Shown here: one piece after another, positions 40,558-51,165 of the stretch | Position numbering within the stretch: the stretch's first letter is position 1 | Layout: each line of letters begins with the position of its first letter | NCBI GenBank assembly: GCA_963664815.2 | Contig: CAXXHB010000003.1 | Location: 2,464,001-2,528,000 of the forward strand | Reading direction: 5' to 3' | Source of the DNA: Spirochaetota bacterium | GTDB taxonomy: Bacteria; Spirochaetota; UBA4802; UBA5550 | Length of the DNA: 64,000 nt | Notes under the pieces: generated by a model | Told to the model about the DNA's origin: nothing | What the model saw: the letters and a program-made list of their open reading frames with translations, nothing else | The model's database searches: none | Position numbers and translations under genes: made by a program

Positions 40558-42249
40558 ATGAAAATAATACTTCTGCTAGTTACCGCTCTTTTTATTAAGA
40601 GTGGTACTGAAGCACAGCCGGTGTCCCTCCCGCCATACATCGCGACAGATATAAAAACTGAAAGAATTAAATTCTCGAATGAATCAGTAAAAATCACATG
40701 GAAAATGGATAAAAATTATTCGGGTGATTTTATTCTAGGCCGTAGTGAAAAGGAAATTTCATCCATCGATGATGCATTACAGGCAAAACTCATAGGTATA
40801 TACAATTCCAGCATGAACGGTATACATATAGATCTCGACATACAGCAGGGAAAAAAATATTATTATATAATTCTCGCCAAAGACTATCTTCTTAAACGGA
40901 ACATCGATATCATCAGGAATTCGAATTATACCCCCGACCCCTTCTCTCTTTATGCTGAACCGGATCCAGTAGAATCAATAAAAGTCAACGTTTCTGAAAC
41001 AACTAAAATTCTCATACGCTGGAATAAAAGCAGGGGAAGCAGCATCAGGTATAATCTCTACAGAAGCAGAAGTTCCATCTCATCGCCGGGAGAACTTGAA
41101 GTTGCTGAAAAAATATCAACTACAGATAAAAATGAATTTACCGATTCTTCAGTACCGGATTACGGGAGCTATTTTTATGCTGTAACAATAACTGATAAAA
41201 ACGGAATTGAATATTTTAATCCGAAGAAAGACCAGAATTATACATCAACCGGAATATATCTTAAAGGCAAGTCCTTTGCCTCTCCATTAAATGTGGAGGC
41301 ATTTAATGGAGATAAACATTCAATTATTGTTAAATGGGAAAAATCTGAATCCAGAACCGGTAAAGAGCTTCAGGGTTATGAGATTTACCGATCAGATGAA
41401 ATTATCAATACACTCCTTAAATTAAAATTTTCAAAACTAATCCGGATAGTTGACACCAGTACAATAATTTATACTGATAAAGATCTGAATCCCGGAAAAT
41501 ATTATTATGCCGTATTTTCAAGATATAGTGACGGAACTGTTGATATAAATTTTGATACAGATTCAAATTATACCAAGACACCACTGATGATTACTCAGCC
41601 ATATAAAATTGTTTCAGTTAAACATGAGATTGTTGATAAAAAAACAGTTATTAAATGGAATTATTCCGGCAATACCGGCAATGAGATTGTAACTGTTTTT
41701 AAATCGATAAAAATTCCGGCGAACTCTGCAGTTATACCAAATGAAGACATAATAGGGACAGAAAATGTTAAAGCTGAAAAATTTACCATAGAAACTCCAT
41801 CGCAGGGATCCTTTTATTATGGTATACTGTGCAGAAATGACAATGAAACTATAAAGATCGCTAAAGGTATAAATATAACAGCTAAACCTGTAGAAAGCGG
41901 ATCGGGAGTCATTTCCGAAAAAGAGTATAAAAAAAATAAACCTTCCGATGCTAAAAATCTTTTTAAAGAAGAGGATCTTAATTTCGAAGGTAGTGATCTG
42001 GATTATATAATATATAATACTTATTACAAAGGGAAGTTTTCTCTTGCTTTAAAAGAATTGAAAAATTACATGTCAACAACCGACAATAAATACGATCAGT
42101 CGAAAGCTAAACTTTTTATTGCGAAAACTTATATAGAAATGCATGAATATCAGAAAAGCATCAACCTGCTTGAAGATAACGATGTGAAAACTGCTTTTCC
42201 TGACGAATCAAAATTCTGGACTGAATTCGCAATTGTCAGGTTAAAATAG
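40558..42249 (+). CDS. Secreted protein with four FN3-like repeats and a C-terminal TPR-like helix pair
   Basis: Signal peptide; recurring W...YRS...YYYAV...NYT pattern. Confidence 0.7.
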   Translation: MKIILLLVTALFIKSGTEAQPVSLPPYIATDIKTERIKFSNESVKITWKMDKNYSGDFILGRSEKEISSIDDALQAKLIGIYNSSMNGIHIDLDIQQGKKYYYIILAKDYLLKRNIDIIRNSNYTPDPFSLYAEPDPVESIKVNVSETTKILIRWNKSRGSSIRYNLYRSRSSISSPGELEVAEKISTTDKNEFTDSSVPDYGSYFYAVTITDKNGIEYFNPKKDQNYTSTGIYLKGKSFASPLNVEAFNGDKHSIIVKWEKSESRTGKELQGYEIYRSDEIINTLLKLKFSKLIRIVDTSTIIYTDKDLNPGKYYYAVFSRYSDGTVDINFDTDSNYTKTPLMITQPYKIVSVKHEIVDKKTVIKWNYSGNTGNEIVTVFKSIKIPANSAVIPNEDIIGTENVKAEKFTIETPSQGSFYYGILCRNDNETIKIAKGINITAKPVESGSGVISEKEYKKNKPSDAKNLFKEEDLNFEGSDLDYIIYNTYYKGKFSLALKELKNYMSTTDNKYDQSKAKLFIAKTYIEMHEYQKSINLLEDNDVKTAFPDESKFWTEFAIVRLK

Positions 42250-42323
42250 TATTATATAAACAAGTCGGCAATAATTGCTTTAATATAACAGTATCAATAA
42301 TAAGATTTCAGGAGTGAATTCAA

Positions 42324-43559
42324 ATGAAGAAATGGATAATAGTTGGAATCATTTTTATCTTTCTGGGAATAGGATTAGTTGCCTACTATGACTCTTTTGT
42401 CAAACCCGAAAGAGAAGCTAAAGAACTTATCGTTGAGGCAAAAATGTCTTTTGAAAGAAATGATAAGGAATCTATAAACAAGGCAATAGATCTTTTTACA
42501 AAAGTGATAGCCAAATATCCCGGAACAGATTCATCCCTTGAAGCATATTACTATATTGCTGAAAGTTATGAAAAACTTAACCTTAACAGGCTTGCATACC
42601 TTAAATATGTTTATCTGTTAAAAGGGAATCAGAAACTAACGCCCGATATGGAAAAGGAAATAACTGCCCGCATAGCAAGATTGAAGATCATGAAGCGTTA
42701 TGATGAAGAGGGAATTCATTCACTTATGGGTCTTCTTAATTACAGCGATAACAAGGATTTCAGAAGCAGAATTTATACCGAACTTGGTCATACATACCTG
42801 ACGACCGGAGAACTTCAGAAATCAAAGAGAATGTTCGATCTTGCCCTCTCCGAAAACGGGAATAATGAAGAAGCAATACTTGGTAAAGCCAGGGCATATA
42901 AAAAACTTGGAAAGGATGAGCAGGCATATGAGCTATATGACCACTTTCTGAAGTATTATTCCAACTTCAGCAATTATACCGGCGATGTAACAACATCCTA
43001 CACAAAGCAACTATATGAAAGCGGGATTTTAAGTTACAGGAAAGGTAAATATTATCCGGCTATTTCATATTTTAAAAAATACATTTCACAGTTTCCGGGG
43101 AGTTCAAAAACAGAGAATTCACTTTACTGGATAGGCGAATCATATTTTGCATTAAAGCAGTATGACAATGCAGTCTCATATTTTAAAAGAGTTCTTGGAA
43201 ATGACTACTATCAAAAAGATCAGGATGCGTACATTAAAATCGGATATTCATACTTTATGGCGAAGAATTACGATCTGGCATCAAGGGAATTCCAGACTTA
43301 TATAGACAATTATCCAAATGGGAAATATCTCGAGCGGGCAAAACAATGGAAAGAGATGAGCACAAAGGAAATGATGTATAAATACAGGAAAAGCGACAAA
43401 CTTGATACTGATGTTGAAGATGAATCAACTGATGGTGACGAAAAAGACAGTACAGATCAGGGATTATCTCCTGAAAATTCCAAAACAGTTAAAACCGAAT
43501 ATAACCTGAAAGAAGAAAAAGGTTCTGATTACAGCAACGACAATATGGCCGAACTTTAA
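42324..43559 (+). CDS. Membrane-anchored TPR protein (CpoB/BamD-like repeats)
   Basis: N-terminal TM; AISYFKKYISQFPGS..ENSLYWIGESY. Confidence 0.8.
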   Translation: MKKWIIVGIIFIFLGIGLVAYYDSFVKPEREAKELIVEAKMSFERNDKESINKAIDLFTKVIAKYPGTDSSLEAYYYIAESYEKLNLNRLAYLKYVYLLKGNQKLTPDMEKEITARIARLKIMKRYDEEGIHSLMGLLNYSDNKDFRSRIYTELGHTYLTTGELQKSKRMFDLALSENGNNEEAILGKARAYKKLGKDEQAYELYDHFLKYYSNFSNYTGDVTTSYTKQLYESGILSYRKGKYYPAISYFKKYISQFPGSSKTENSLYWIGESYFALKQYDNAVSYFKRVLGNDYYQKDQDAYIKIGYSYFMAKNYDLASREFQTYIDNYPNGKYLERAKQWKEMSTKEMMYKYRKSDKLDTDVEDESTDGDEKDSTDQGLSPENSKTVKTEYNLKEEKGSDYSNDNMAEL

Positions 43560-43575
43560 TAAATCTGCTTATCAT

Positions 43576-43606
43576 AAAAAAACCGCTTATAAAAAGCGGT
43601 TTTTTT
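43576..43606. terminator. Bidirectional terminator
   Basis: AAAAAAACCGCTT / AAGCGGTTTTTTT between convergent genes. Confidence 0.8.
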
Positions 43607-44732
43607 ATGGTCTCTCTTTTAATATAATCTGAATATTTTCGGAAGTTTTGTTTCTCCAGATGGTCAGATTTATTGATGAACCAATTTTTTTTGAATTTAT
43701 TATCTGTATCAGGGAGTAACCTTCATTTATAAATTTATCATCAATTTTAAGTATTACATCCCCTTCTTTTATTCCTGCTTTAGCGGCCGGGCTATTTTTA
43801 ATTACACTCCCGATAAGCACACCCTGATTCCCCCGAAGTCCAAGACTTTTAGCGACATCTTCCGTGAGAGGAGCCATACCTACCCCGATATAACCCCTCC
43901 TGATTTTTCCATATTTTTTCAGCTCTATTAAAATCTCTTTTGCCGAATTTACAGGTATTGCAAAACCTATCCCTATATTTCCACCGGAACTTGAATATAT
44001 TGCACGATTCACACCTATCACTTCACCGTCAATATTTATAAGAGGGCCTCCGGAATTACCCTGGTTGATTGCTGCATCAGTCTGAATATGAGAGTTTCCT
44101 GTATCATCGAGCTGTCTCCTTCCGGTTCCGCTGACAACACCTGATGTAAAAGTTTTATCAAGTCCAAATGGATTTCCTATTGCGAGAACAAAGTCGCCTA
44201 TCTTAACATCATCAGAGTTACCGAAATATACAGGTTTAAAATTTCCGCTGCTTTTAATTTTCAATAAAGCGATATCTGTTACTGCATCAGATCCTATAAT
44301 CTGCGCTTCATAAGTTTTCTCTGCAACAGTAACCTTAACAGAATCCACATTCTGTACGACATGATGATTGGTACAAATATATCCATCGCTTGAAATTATA
44401 AAACCGGTGCCAAGCCCGCGGGCCTTCCTGGTTTTGGGGGTATTTTCCTTCATCCCGAAAAATTCCCTGAAAACCGGATCATCAACAAAGGGATTAAAAC
44501 CTTTAATGTTTATAATCTTTTCAGTGCTGATGAAAACCACGGAATCCTTGTACTGGTTGTAAATTTCATGAAATGTATTCTGCATCTCATGTACAACAGA
44601 AGGTTCTGATTTTTTTAAGGGTGATTCCCTCTCAGTCTCAGAAATGAATGAACTGCCGTTTAAATCCGATGATACCCCGATTACAGATAATATTAAAGAA
44701 AGAAAGAAAACTATCTGAAATACATTTCTCAT
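43605..44732 (-). CDS. htrA: HtrA/DegP serine protease with one PDZ domain
   Basis: TNHHV, DIAL and GNSGGPL triad motifs plus a C-terminal PDZ. Confidence 0.93.
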   Translation of the reverse strand: MRNVFQIVFFLSLILSVIGVSSDLNGSSFISETERESPLKKSEPSVVHEMQNTFHEIYNQYKDSVVFISTEKIINIKGFNPFVDDPVFREFFGMKENTPKTRKARGLGTGFIISSDGYICTNHHVVQNVDSVKVTVAEKTYEAQIIGSDAVTDIALLKIKSSGNFKPVYFGNSDDVKIGDFVLAIGNPFGLDKTFTSGVVSGTGRRQLDDTGNSHIQTDAAINQGNSGGPLINIDGEVIGVNRAIYSSSGGNIGIGFAIPVNSAKEILIELKKYGKIRRGYIGVGMAPLTEDVAKSLGLRGNQGVLIGSVIKNSPAAKAGIKEGDVILKIDDKFINEGYSLIQIINSKKIGSSINLTIWRNKTSENIQIILKERP

Positions 44733-44758
44733 TTTCAGACCCCTGCCATATAGTTTAA

Positions 44759-45286
44759 TCATTCCCCTTCAAACTCAACAAGGTGGAACATTTTGTACCC
44801 GTTATCTTCAAGATTCTTTCTTCCTCCGACTTCAGGCAGGTCAACAATAAATGCCATCTCAATTACAACTCCTCCAAGCTGCTCAACAAGCCTTGCAGCC
44901 GCTATTGCGGTACCCCCTGTTGCAAGAAGATCATCAATAACGAGTATCTTATCCCCTTTCTTTATTGCATCCGTATGAATCTCCAGTGTACTCACGCCAT
45001 ATTCAAGTTCATATTCATACGATAATGACTCATAAGGGAGTTTACCAGGTTTTCTTACCGGAATAAAACCCTTGCCAAGAGCATACGCTACCGCTCCCCC
45101 AAGAATAAATCCCCTTGCTTCAACACCCACAACATAATCAATCTGGGTATTCTTATATCTGTTTACAAAACAATCAATTGCTTCCTTAAAACCTTCAGGA
45201 TCCTTTATAAGAGTAGTGATATCCCTGAACATTATCCCCTGTTTCGGAAAATCCGGTATAGTCCTTATTTTAGATTTTAATGACAT
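44759..45286 (-). CDS. apt: Adenine phosphoribosyltransferase
   Basis: IPDFPKQGIMFRDIT, EARGF, RKPGKLP, VIDDLLATGGT. AAGGAG RBS. Confidence 0.96.
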   Translation of the reverse strand: MSLKSKIRTIPDFPKQGIMFRDITTLIKDPEGFKEAIDCFVNRYKNTQIDYVVGVEARGFILGGAVAYALGKGFIPVRKPGKLPYESLSYEYELEYGVSTLEIHTDAIKKGDKILVIDDLLATGGTAIAAARLVEQLGGVVIEMAFIVDLPEVGGRKNLEDNGYKMFHLVEFEGE

Positions 45287-45422
45287 TTTTTCTCCTTTCA
45301 TATATTATGAATTTTTATTTTATTTTTTCTGTCGGTTTCTTTTTATCTGAAAAAATATTCAATACCACACCGATGGCGATCAGGCAGAATATTCATTTTA
45401 CACATCAGAATATATATTCACA

Positions 45423-45533
45423 AATTATTACATTTTTTATTACATAAAAAGCTCTGTTCTCCCCGCCGTAGAAGCGGCGGGGAGATATAATCGTTTATTA
45501 TACATTAAAATACATGTTAAGAAATTATTACTG
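45423..45533 (+). repeat. Dispersed element, copy 3 (~111 bp)
   Basis: Perfect 11-bp stem TCTCCCCGCCG/CGGCGGGGAGA followed by TATAATCGTTTATT and TTAAGAAATTATTACTG. Confidence 0.8.
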
Positions 45534-45553
45534 TTTATTAATTAAAGATTCAG

Positions 45554-47032
45554 CTATGATTCAATGTCAATTTTTTTTCTGTTCCATTCATACATAAATA
45601 TTGAAAGAGCTACTGAAGCATTTAACGATTCAATCTTTTCCGATAATGGTATTGAAACACTCTTATCCCGGTAAATCTCCGGCAGCCCCGGACCTTCAAC
45701 TCCTGGAACCAGAATAAAGCTTTCCGGAAATTTAACTTCGGATATATTCTTCCCGTTTTTATCCAGTGCAAGAATATCCAGGCCGGATTTTTCGGCTATT
45801 GAAAAAATCTCTTTCAATGACGGGCCTCTCACAAATTCCATTTCAAAAACAGCGCCCGATGAAGATCTTACAGATTTCGGATGAAATGGATTTGCCGCAT
45901 CATTTGTAATTATTATTTTAGTTATACCAAAGCCTGCTGCGGACCTTACCGCCGATCCGACATTAAGCGGATCCTGAAATGGTATAACCGGAGTACACCC
46001 TCTTTCAATAATTCCATTCCATTCGTTTATTGCAGGGAGAGTGGCAATAAGTACGGGGGTTTTACCCGCCGAAATATCCAGTTCATTATAAAGCGATTTC
46101 TTAAGAATATAAAGCGAGCTGCACTTTCTGAACGATTCTATTATTAAATCAAAATCGCTGTCTGTCTCAGGATAATCATCCGGAAGCAGCAGCTTAAAGC
46201 TATCCGGAGATTTACCGGCCAGAAAATCAGAAATAATTTTTTTACCGGCTATGGCAACTACACCCGTTTTTTTTATTCCATCACCGACTGTAAGCTTTTT
46301 TATCTCTTTAAATAACTTATTATCATCTGATGTTATTGCAATTCCATTAGTATCATGTTCATTTTTCATTATTTTATATATTTTCCTGAATGTATCCTCT
46401 CCTTTCCTGAATAAAAGAATTCTCCTGGAATAATCGGTACCTGGCAGTTTATAGCTTTTATCAAGCTCAAGGATATAATTTTTTTTATTTCTCTCTGACA
46501 GTGATAAGATATCTCCTGTTGCATCCGGCCCTTTGAGGAAAATTACAGCTCCACCTTCAGGGATAAAATGTTCCACCCTGCTTAAGGTTTCAGGGGCATC
46601 CTCAAGAGCTCTTGTAATTACACCCCTGACATTAAAAAATGATTTTTCAGTTACCTTGTGTGGATAAATTTCCACATTTTTCAGTTTTAATGCATCAACA
46701 GCGTGTTTCAGAAACTCTACCCTTTTCCCCCTCTGCTCTGCAAGAATTAAATAAATCCCGGGATTCATTATCTTCAGCGGGATACCGGGGAAACCGGCAC
46801 CGGTTCCTATATCAACTAAAGATTCAGGAAGTGTAAGAAATTTCGTGCAATACACTGAGTCTATGAAGTGTTTAATAATGAACTGATCTTCCCCTTTGAT
46901 CCTCGTCAGATCATTATCATCATTGTTCTCTGTTATCAATTTATAATAAAGGGAAAGCTGCTTTATCTGTTTATCGCTGATTTGAATATCAGCTTCTTTA
47001 AAATATCTCTTAATTTTTAAATCAATCATCAA
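45554..47032 (-). CDS. rsmG: 16S rRNA m7G methyltransferase RsmG fused to a TrmH/SpoU methyltransferase
   Basis: KHFIDS, DIGTGAGFPG, TRA, LKG; then QDPLNVG, VRSSSGA, GVEGPGL, ESLNASVA. Confidence 0.88.
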   Translation of the reverse strand: MMIDLKIKRYFKEADIQISDKQIKQLSLYYKLITENNDDNDLTRIKGEDQFIIKHFIDSVYCTKFLTLPESLVDIGTGAGFPGIPLKIMNPGIYLILAEQRGKRVEFLKHAVDALKLKNVEIYPHKVTEKSFFNVRGVITRALEDAPETLSRVEHFIPEGGAVIFLKGPDATGDILSLSERNKKNYILELDKSYKLPGTDYSRRILLFRKGEDTFRKIYKIMKNEHDTNGIAITSDDNKLFKEIKKLTVGDGIKKTGVVAIAGKKIISDFLAGKSPDSFKLLLPDDYPETDSDFDLIIESFRKCSSLYILKKSLYNELDISAGKTPVLIATLPAINEWNGIIERGCTPVIPFQDPLNVGSAVRSAAGFGITKIIITNDAANPFHPKSVRSSSGAVFEMEFVRGPSLKEIFSIAEKSGLDILALDKNGKNISEVKFPESFILVPGVEGPGLPEIYRDKSVSIPLSEKIESLNASVALSIFMYEWNRKKIDIES

Positions 47033-47136
47033 ACTTGTTCCAGGTTCTTTTCAAAATGTGAAATTTTATTTATATACATAACAATATGTCCATTACTTTA
47101 GATTGCCGGCTTTCAGTAATAGTGATTCTTTTTTCA

Positions 47137-47595
47137 TTAAATATCAAAACTCATCGGGAAAGATGTTACCCCGTTTTTTAACTGGAAATCAGCTATTTTT
47201 CTGAACCCGAGCTTTTCATATATTTTAACTGCTGAAAAGGTCGAATTTACGGTAATTCTGTTTAACTCAGTACTGTTTTTCTTTATTAAACTGATACAGA
47301 TATGAATAAGCATCCCGGCTATACCCTTCTTCTGAAACTCTTTTTTTACAAAGAGGAGATAGATATGATTCATACCGGACATTTCTATATACCCTGCAAT
47401 CTCATTATCGGTCTTTGCGAGTAATATAGTATTCCCTTTATAAAATCTATCCCTTATTGAATCTTCTTTTATAATTTCATAAAAGCTTATTATCGCCTTT
47501 TCAGGGAAATCTGCTGCTACAAATTCGTTAAATACATCTTTTATCAGGTTACCCGCATTCATTATCTCATCAAATTTAATAGCCTCTATTTTCAT
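47137..47595 (-). CDS. GNAT acetyltransferase
   Basis: LFVKKEFQKKGIA, VNS...AVKIYEKLGF. Confidence 0.88.
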   Translation of the reverse strand: MKIEAIKFDEIMNAGNLIKDVFNEFVAADFPEKAIISFYEIIKEDSIRDRFYKGNTILLAKTDNEIAGYIEMSGMNHIYLLFVKKEFQKKGIAGMLIHICISLIKKNSTELNRITVNSTFSAVKIYEKLGFRKIADFQLKNGVTSFPMSFDI

Positions 47596-47853
47596 TTCCG
47601 GAATACCATTCCCGTTTAATTGTCAGAATATCATTTTTAAAAAGATTCAGCGGATTATAACAGAGATTATAAATATATCAGTTTTTCAACTATATTATAT
47701 TATAATACAAATAACCCTTACAACAGAGATATTTCAAATTTTTTCTAAATCCCTTGACATACAAACATGAAGTAAAAAGAATGTAGTAATTCTAAAATTG
47801 AACAGAGGTCAGCCTTCCCGCAACCACCCTTTGCTCTATAAATTGGAGACCCA

Positions 47854-48669
47854 ATGAACATCGAAAACTTTTTTCAGAAAAATCAGATTATCAAACTTGC
47901 TGCCTCCGAAAAACAACCTGCACTCAAAGAACTTGTAGCCGAACTTCAGAATCTGGGATTTATTGAAAACAAAGACAGATACTACGCACAGGTAGTACAC
48001 AGGGAATCTCTTGAAAACACAGGTCTTGGAAACCGTCTTGCAATACCACATGCAAGAACAGATTCAGTTACAGAATTCATTTCAGTTATGGGGATCTGTG
48101 ACGAATCAATTGATTACCAGTCTCTTGATAATAAACCTGTAAAGTATATTATACTCAGCCTTTTCCCCACATCTCAAAGTACAAGATACCTTTATTTTAT
48201 CGGAATGATGGCACGAATATTCAATAACAGAGAAAATGACTCCTTCCTCAACGGGAACCCCACTCCTGAAGAATTATTCAATTTTCTTCAGAATAAATGT
48301 GAAGATTACTTTAAAGCTATTTCCAGTCAGGACTCATACAGAGTTAATGAAAATGAACTTATAGGGGTACCATCATCTGATCTTGACCTTATGATAAGGC
48401 TTGATCATCTCAACAACCTCAATGCTGAATTAAATTCACAGCCTGGTATTTTACAGAAAATTGAAGAGATGAAAAAATTAATCGACAACCGGCTGCTCAC
48501 ATATTATGAGAGAATGATAAAAAAGAAAAACAATCCATTTGCAGTTATTGAAAAAAACAGCTGCAGCGGGTGCCATATGGGGATTCCCCCTGTAAATATG
48601 ATAAAGCTTCAGGACAGAGACGGCATTCAGGTCTGCACATATTGCGGAAGATTTCTGATAATGCTGTAA
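47854..48669 (+). CDS. PTS EIIA (Ntr/Fru-type) domain fused to a C4 zinc ribbon
   Basis: RESLENTG...AIPHAR; C-terminal CSGCHM...CTYCGR. Confidence 0.85.
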   Translation: MNIENFFQKNQIIKLAASEKQPALKELVAELQNLGFIENKDRYYAQVVHRESLENTGLGNRLAIPHARTDSVTEFISVMGICDESIDYQSLDNKPVKYIILSLFPTSQSTRYLYFIGMMARIFNNRENDSFLNGNPTPEELFNFLQNKCEDYFKAISSQDSYRVNENELIGVPSSDLDLMIRLDHLNNLNAELNSQPGILQKIEEMKKLIDNRLLTYYERMIKKKNNPFAVIEKNSCSGCHMGIPPVNMIKLQDRDGIQVCTYCGRFLIML

Positions 48670-48696
48670 AAAAAGCTGCCTGCCGGCAGCTTTTTT
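48668..48696. terminator. Bidirectional terminator
   Basis: AAAAAAAGCTGCC / GGCAGCTTTTTT. Confidence 0.8.
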
Positions 48697-48708
48697 ATCT
48701 ATCCGGCT

Positions 48709-49476
48709 TTATCTTTTCCTCACAAATCCTTCAAGCAGATCAATCGGTATCGGGAAAATCGTGGTTGAATTATTCTCTGTTGCGATCTCTCTCAGTGTCT
48801 GGAGATATCGAAGCTGAATAGCAATCGGATGCACCTCCATAAGCGCCGCAGCGTCAACAATTTTTGCAGCCGCCTGAAATTCACCTTCAGCGGCAATAAC
48901 CTTTGCCCTTCTCTCTCTCTCTGCTTCCGCCTGTTTCGCCATGGCTCTCTGCATCTCCTGAGGAAGATCAACATGCTTAACCTCAACAGCTGATACCTTT
49001 ATACCCCATGGATCAGTGCGCGAATCAAGAACAGTCTGTAATTCATTATTAATATGCTCCCTGTTGCTCAGAAGATCATCCAGTTCCGAGTTGCCCAGAA
49101 TACTTCGAAGTGTTGTCTGGGAGAGCTGGGATGTCGCATAAAGAAAATCATCAACTTCAGTAATAGCCTTATTCGGCTCAACCACCCTGAAATATACAAC
49201 TGCATTAACTTTAACAGAGACATTATCTTTTGTAATAATATCCTGAGGGGGAACATCCAGCGCCACAAGCCTCAGATTCACGCGAATAAACTTATCGATA
49301 AATGGAATTACTATAATAATCCCGGGTCCTTTCGGGCCTTTCGGCACAACAAGCAGTCTTCCGAGTCTGAAAATAACCGCTCTTTCATATTCCTTGATAA
49401 TCTTGATTGACGGAATAAGAATAAGGAGTATAAAAAAAATAAGTGTCGGTATAAAACCGAAATCATGACCAAACAT
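48709..49476 (-). CDS. SPFH/stomatin (slipin) protein
   Basis: [40 protein letters not shown]. Confidence 0.94.
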   Translation of the reverse strand: MFGHDFGFIPTLIFFILLILIPSIKIIKEYERAVIFRLGRLLVVPKGPKGPGIIIVIPFIDKFIRVNLRLVALDVPPQDIITKDNVSVKVNAVVYFRVVEPNKAITEVDDFLYATSQLSQTTLRSILGNSELDDLLSNREHINNELQTVLDSRTDPWGIKVSAVEVKHVDLPQEMQRAMAKQAEAERERRAKVIAAEGEFQAAAKIVDAAALMEVHPIAIQLRYLQTLREIATENNSTTIFPIPIDLLEGFVRKR

Positions 49477-50819
49477 TAACAACCTCCATTAAATTTAACT
49501 TTTACTTTTAAAACCATTCCGTTAACTTCCTCGACAACTACCGAATCTCCTGATTTTATCTCAGAGTCAGATTCGGCATTCCATATTTCACCATGTATTG
49601 ATATTTTACCTTTTCCCGTAAAGTCATTCATGGCTGTACCCTTTTCACCGATCATACCCTCTTTTCCGGTTGTAACCTGAGTTTTATGTACATTAATAAC
49701 AGCCCTCACCACGATGAATACAAAAGCAAGTACAACCGCTATCATGGCGATTATTGATGATATTGGAACACCGCCGCCAGGCAGCGGGGAATCAAACAGT
49801 ATTGTTGCACCAAGAAAAAATGACACGATACCTCCCGCAGTCAAAAGACCGAAACTTTGAAATTTTAATTCAAGAATAAATAACACAAATGCGCAGATTA
49901 TAAGAACAAGACCAAGAGCATTAATAGGAATAATCCTGATCCCCATCAGAAACAGGACAAGTGCAACCCCCCCCGCTGTACCCGGGACAATCATACCCGG
50001 GTTCTTCAACTCTATGCCAATTCCTGCAATGGCAATAATAAACAGTAAAAAAATCATCTGCGGGTCGGCAAATCTGTTAACGAATTTCTGTTTCCAGGTC
50101 ATTTCATATATGGTTTCCCTTATATCTTTTGTTCTGAATACAAATGGCAAACCGTTAAGATCAATTTTACGCCCATCCAGCTGCTTTAAAAGATCAGCCG
50201 TATCATCAGCAATAATATCAATCACGCCGGTCTTATATGCCTCAATATAACTGCTGGAGACAGCCTTTCTTACCGCCTCCACGGCCCAGTCGACATTCCG
50301 GCCTCTTTTCTGCGCAAGACTTCTGGCATATGCAATGGTATCATTAAGAACTTTTTTCTCCATTATACCCTCCGGTCCACCCTCTTTATCCTTTTTCATG
50401 AAATCAAGCATCGGGCTTACAGGATGCATGGCGCCAATTTCGGTTCCAGGTGCCATTGCTGCAACATGAGATGAAAGCATAATAAACCCGCCTGCAGATG
50501 CGGCCTGTGCCCCTTTCGGAAATGTATACACAACAACCGGTACCGGCGAAGTAAGTATTGACTTTATTATATCTCTCATTGAATCCATTAATCCGCCGGG
50601 AGTATCCATCCGGAGTATTATAAACTGATTCCCTTCATCTGATGCTTTCTTCAATGCATCTACAATATACTCCGCCACTATAGGATTAACCGACCCATTC
50701 AAAGTAATAACAGCATATTTATTATCAGCACTGAAAGCAGAGGGTGGTATCATAACAAAAGTGATCAGTAAAGCTGACATCACTATTAATTTACAAGAGG
50801 ATAAAATCCCGTTTTTCAT
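49476..50819 (-). CDS. nfeD: NfeD membrane serine protease (long form)
   Basis: DTPGG, AASAG, TM helices and a C-terminal OB fold (HGEIWNA); overlaps the slipin start. Confidence 0.92.
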   Translation of the reverse strand: MKNGILSSCKLIVMSALLITFVMIPPSAFSADNKYAVITLNGSVNPIVAEYIVDALKKASDEGNQFIILRMDTPGGLMDSMRDIIKSILTSPVPVVVYTFPKGAQAASAGGFIMLSSHVAAMAPGTEIGAMHPVSPMLDFMKKDKEGGPEGIMEKKVLNDTIAYARSLAQKRGRNVDWAVEAVRKAVSSSYIEAYKTGVIDIIADDTADLLKQLDGRKIDLNGLPFVFRTKDIRETIYEMTWKQKFVNRFADPQMIFLLFIIAIAGIGIELKNPGMIVPGTAGGVALVLFLMGIRIIPINALGLVLIICAFVLFILELKFQSFGLLTAGGIVSFFLGATILFDSPLPGGGVPISSIIAMIAVVLAFVFIVVRAVINVHKTQVTTGKEGMIGEKGTAMNDFTGKGKISIHGEIWNAESDSEIKSGDSVVVEEVNGMVLKVKVKFNGGC

Positions 50820-50943
50820 AATACTTACCTGGACAATTATTTTTATACTTTTTTTATTTTATTCCAATTATTATGCAATCATAAGATCTGATTCATTCAA
50901 GTGTATATATTATTTTTTATTTAAAATAAAAAATTTACCGCAT

Positions 50944-50977
50944 TTTATTAACAGTATATTAATATACTGTTAATAAA
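50944..50977. repeat. 34-bp perfect palindrome without spacer
   Basis: TTTATTAACAGTATATT|AATATACTGTTAATAAA. Confidence 0.75.
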
Positions 50978-51165
50978 CAAATACTTCAAATATTTAAAAA
51001 ATACCTGAAAATGTAAAAAGTATACTTCAGGATAAATAAATTTCCTGCAAGCCTATAAAAATTAGTTATTGACTGATTTTTATTTAATCAGCTAGATTTA
51101 TATTTTATTATAGTGCATAAAAATTATAAAGTTCATCTGACTAAACATCAAAAGAATGAAATTGA

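Noticed and set aside
20384-45533. Dispersed repeats as a CRISPR array or riboswitch
   Set aside because: The copies are 10-15 kb apart with no spacers or cas genes, and orientation relative to the downstream genes is inconsistent.
47800-47853. GC-richer leader of the EIIA gene as a riboswitch
   Set aside because: No known aptamer consensus or convincing stem could be identified.
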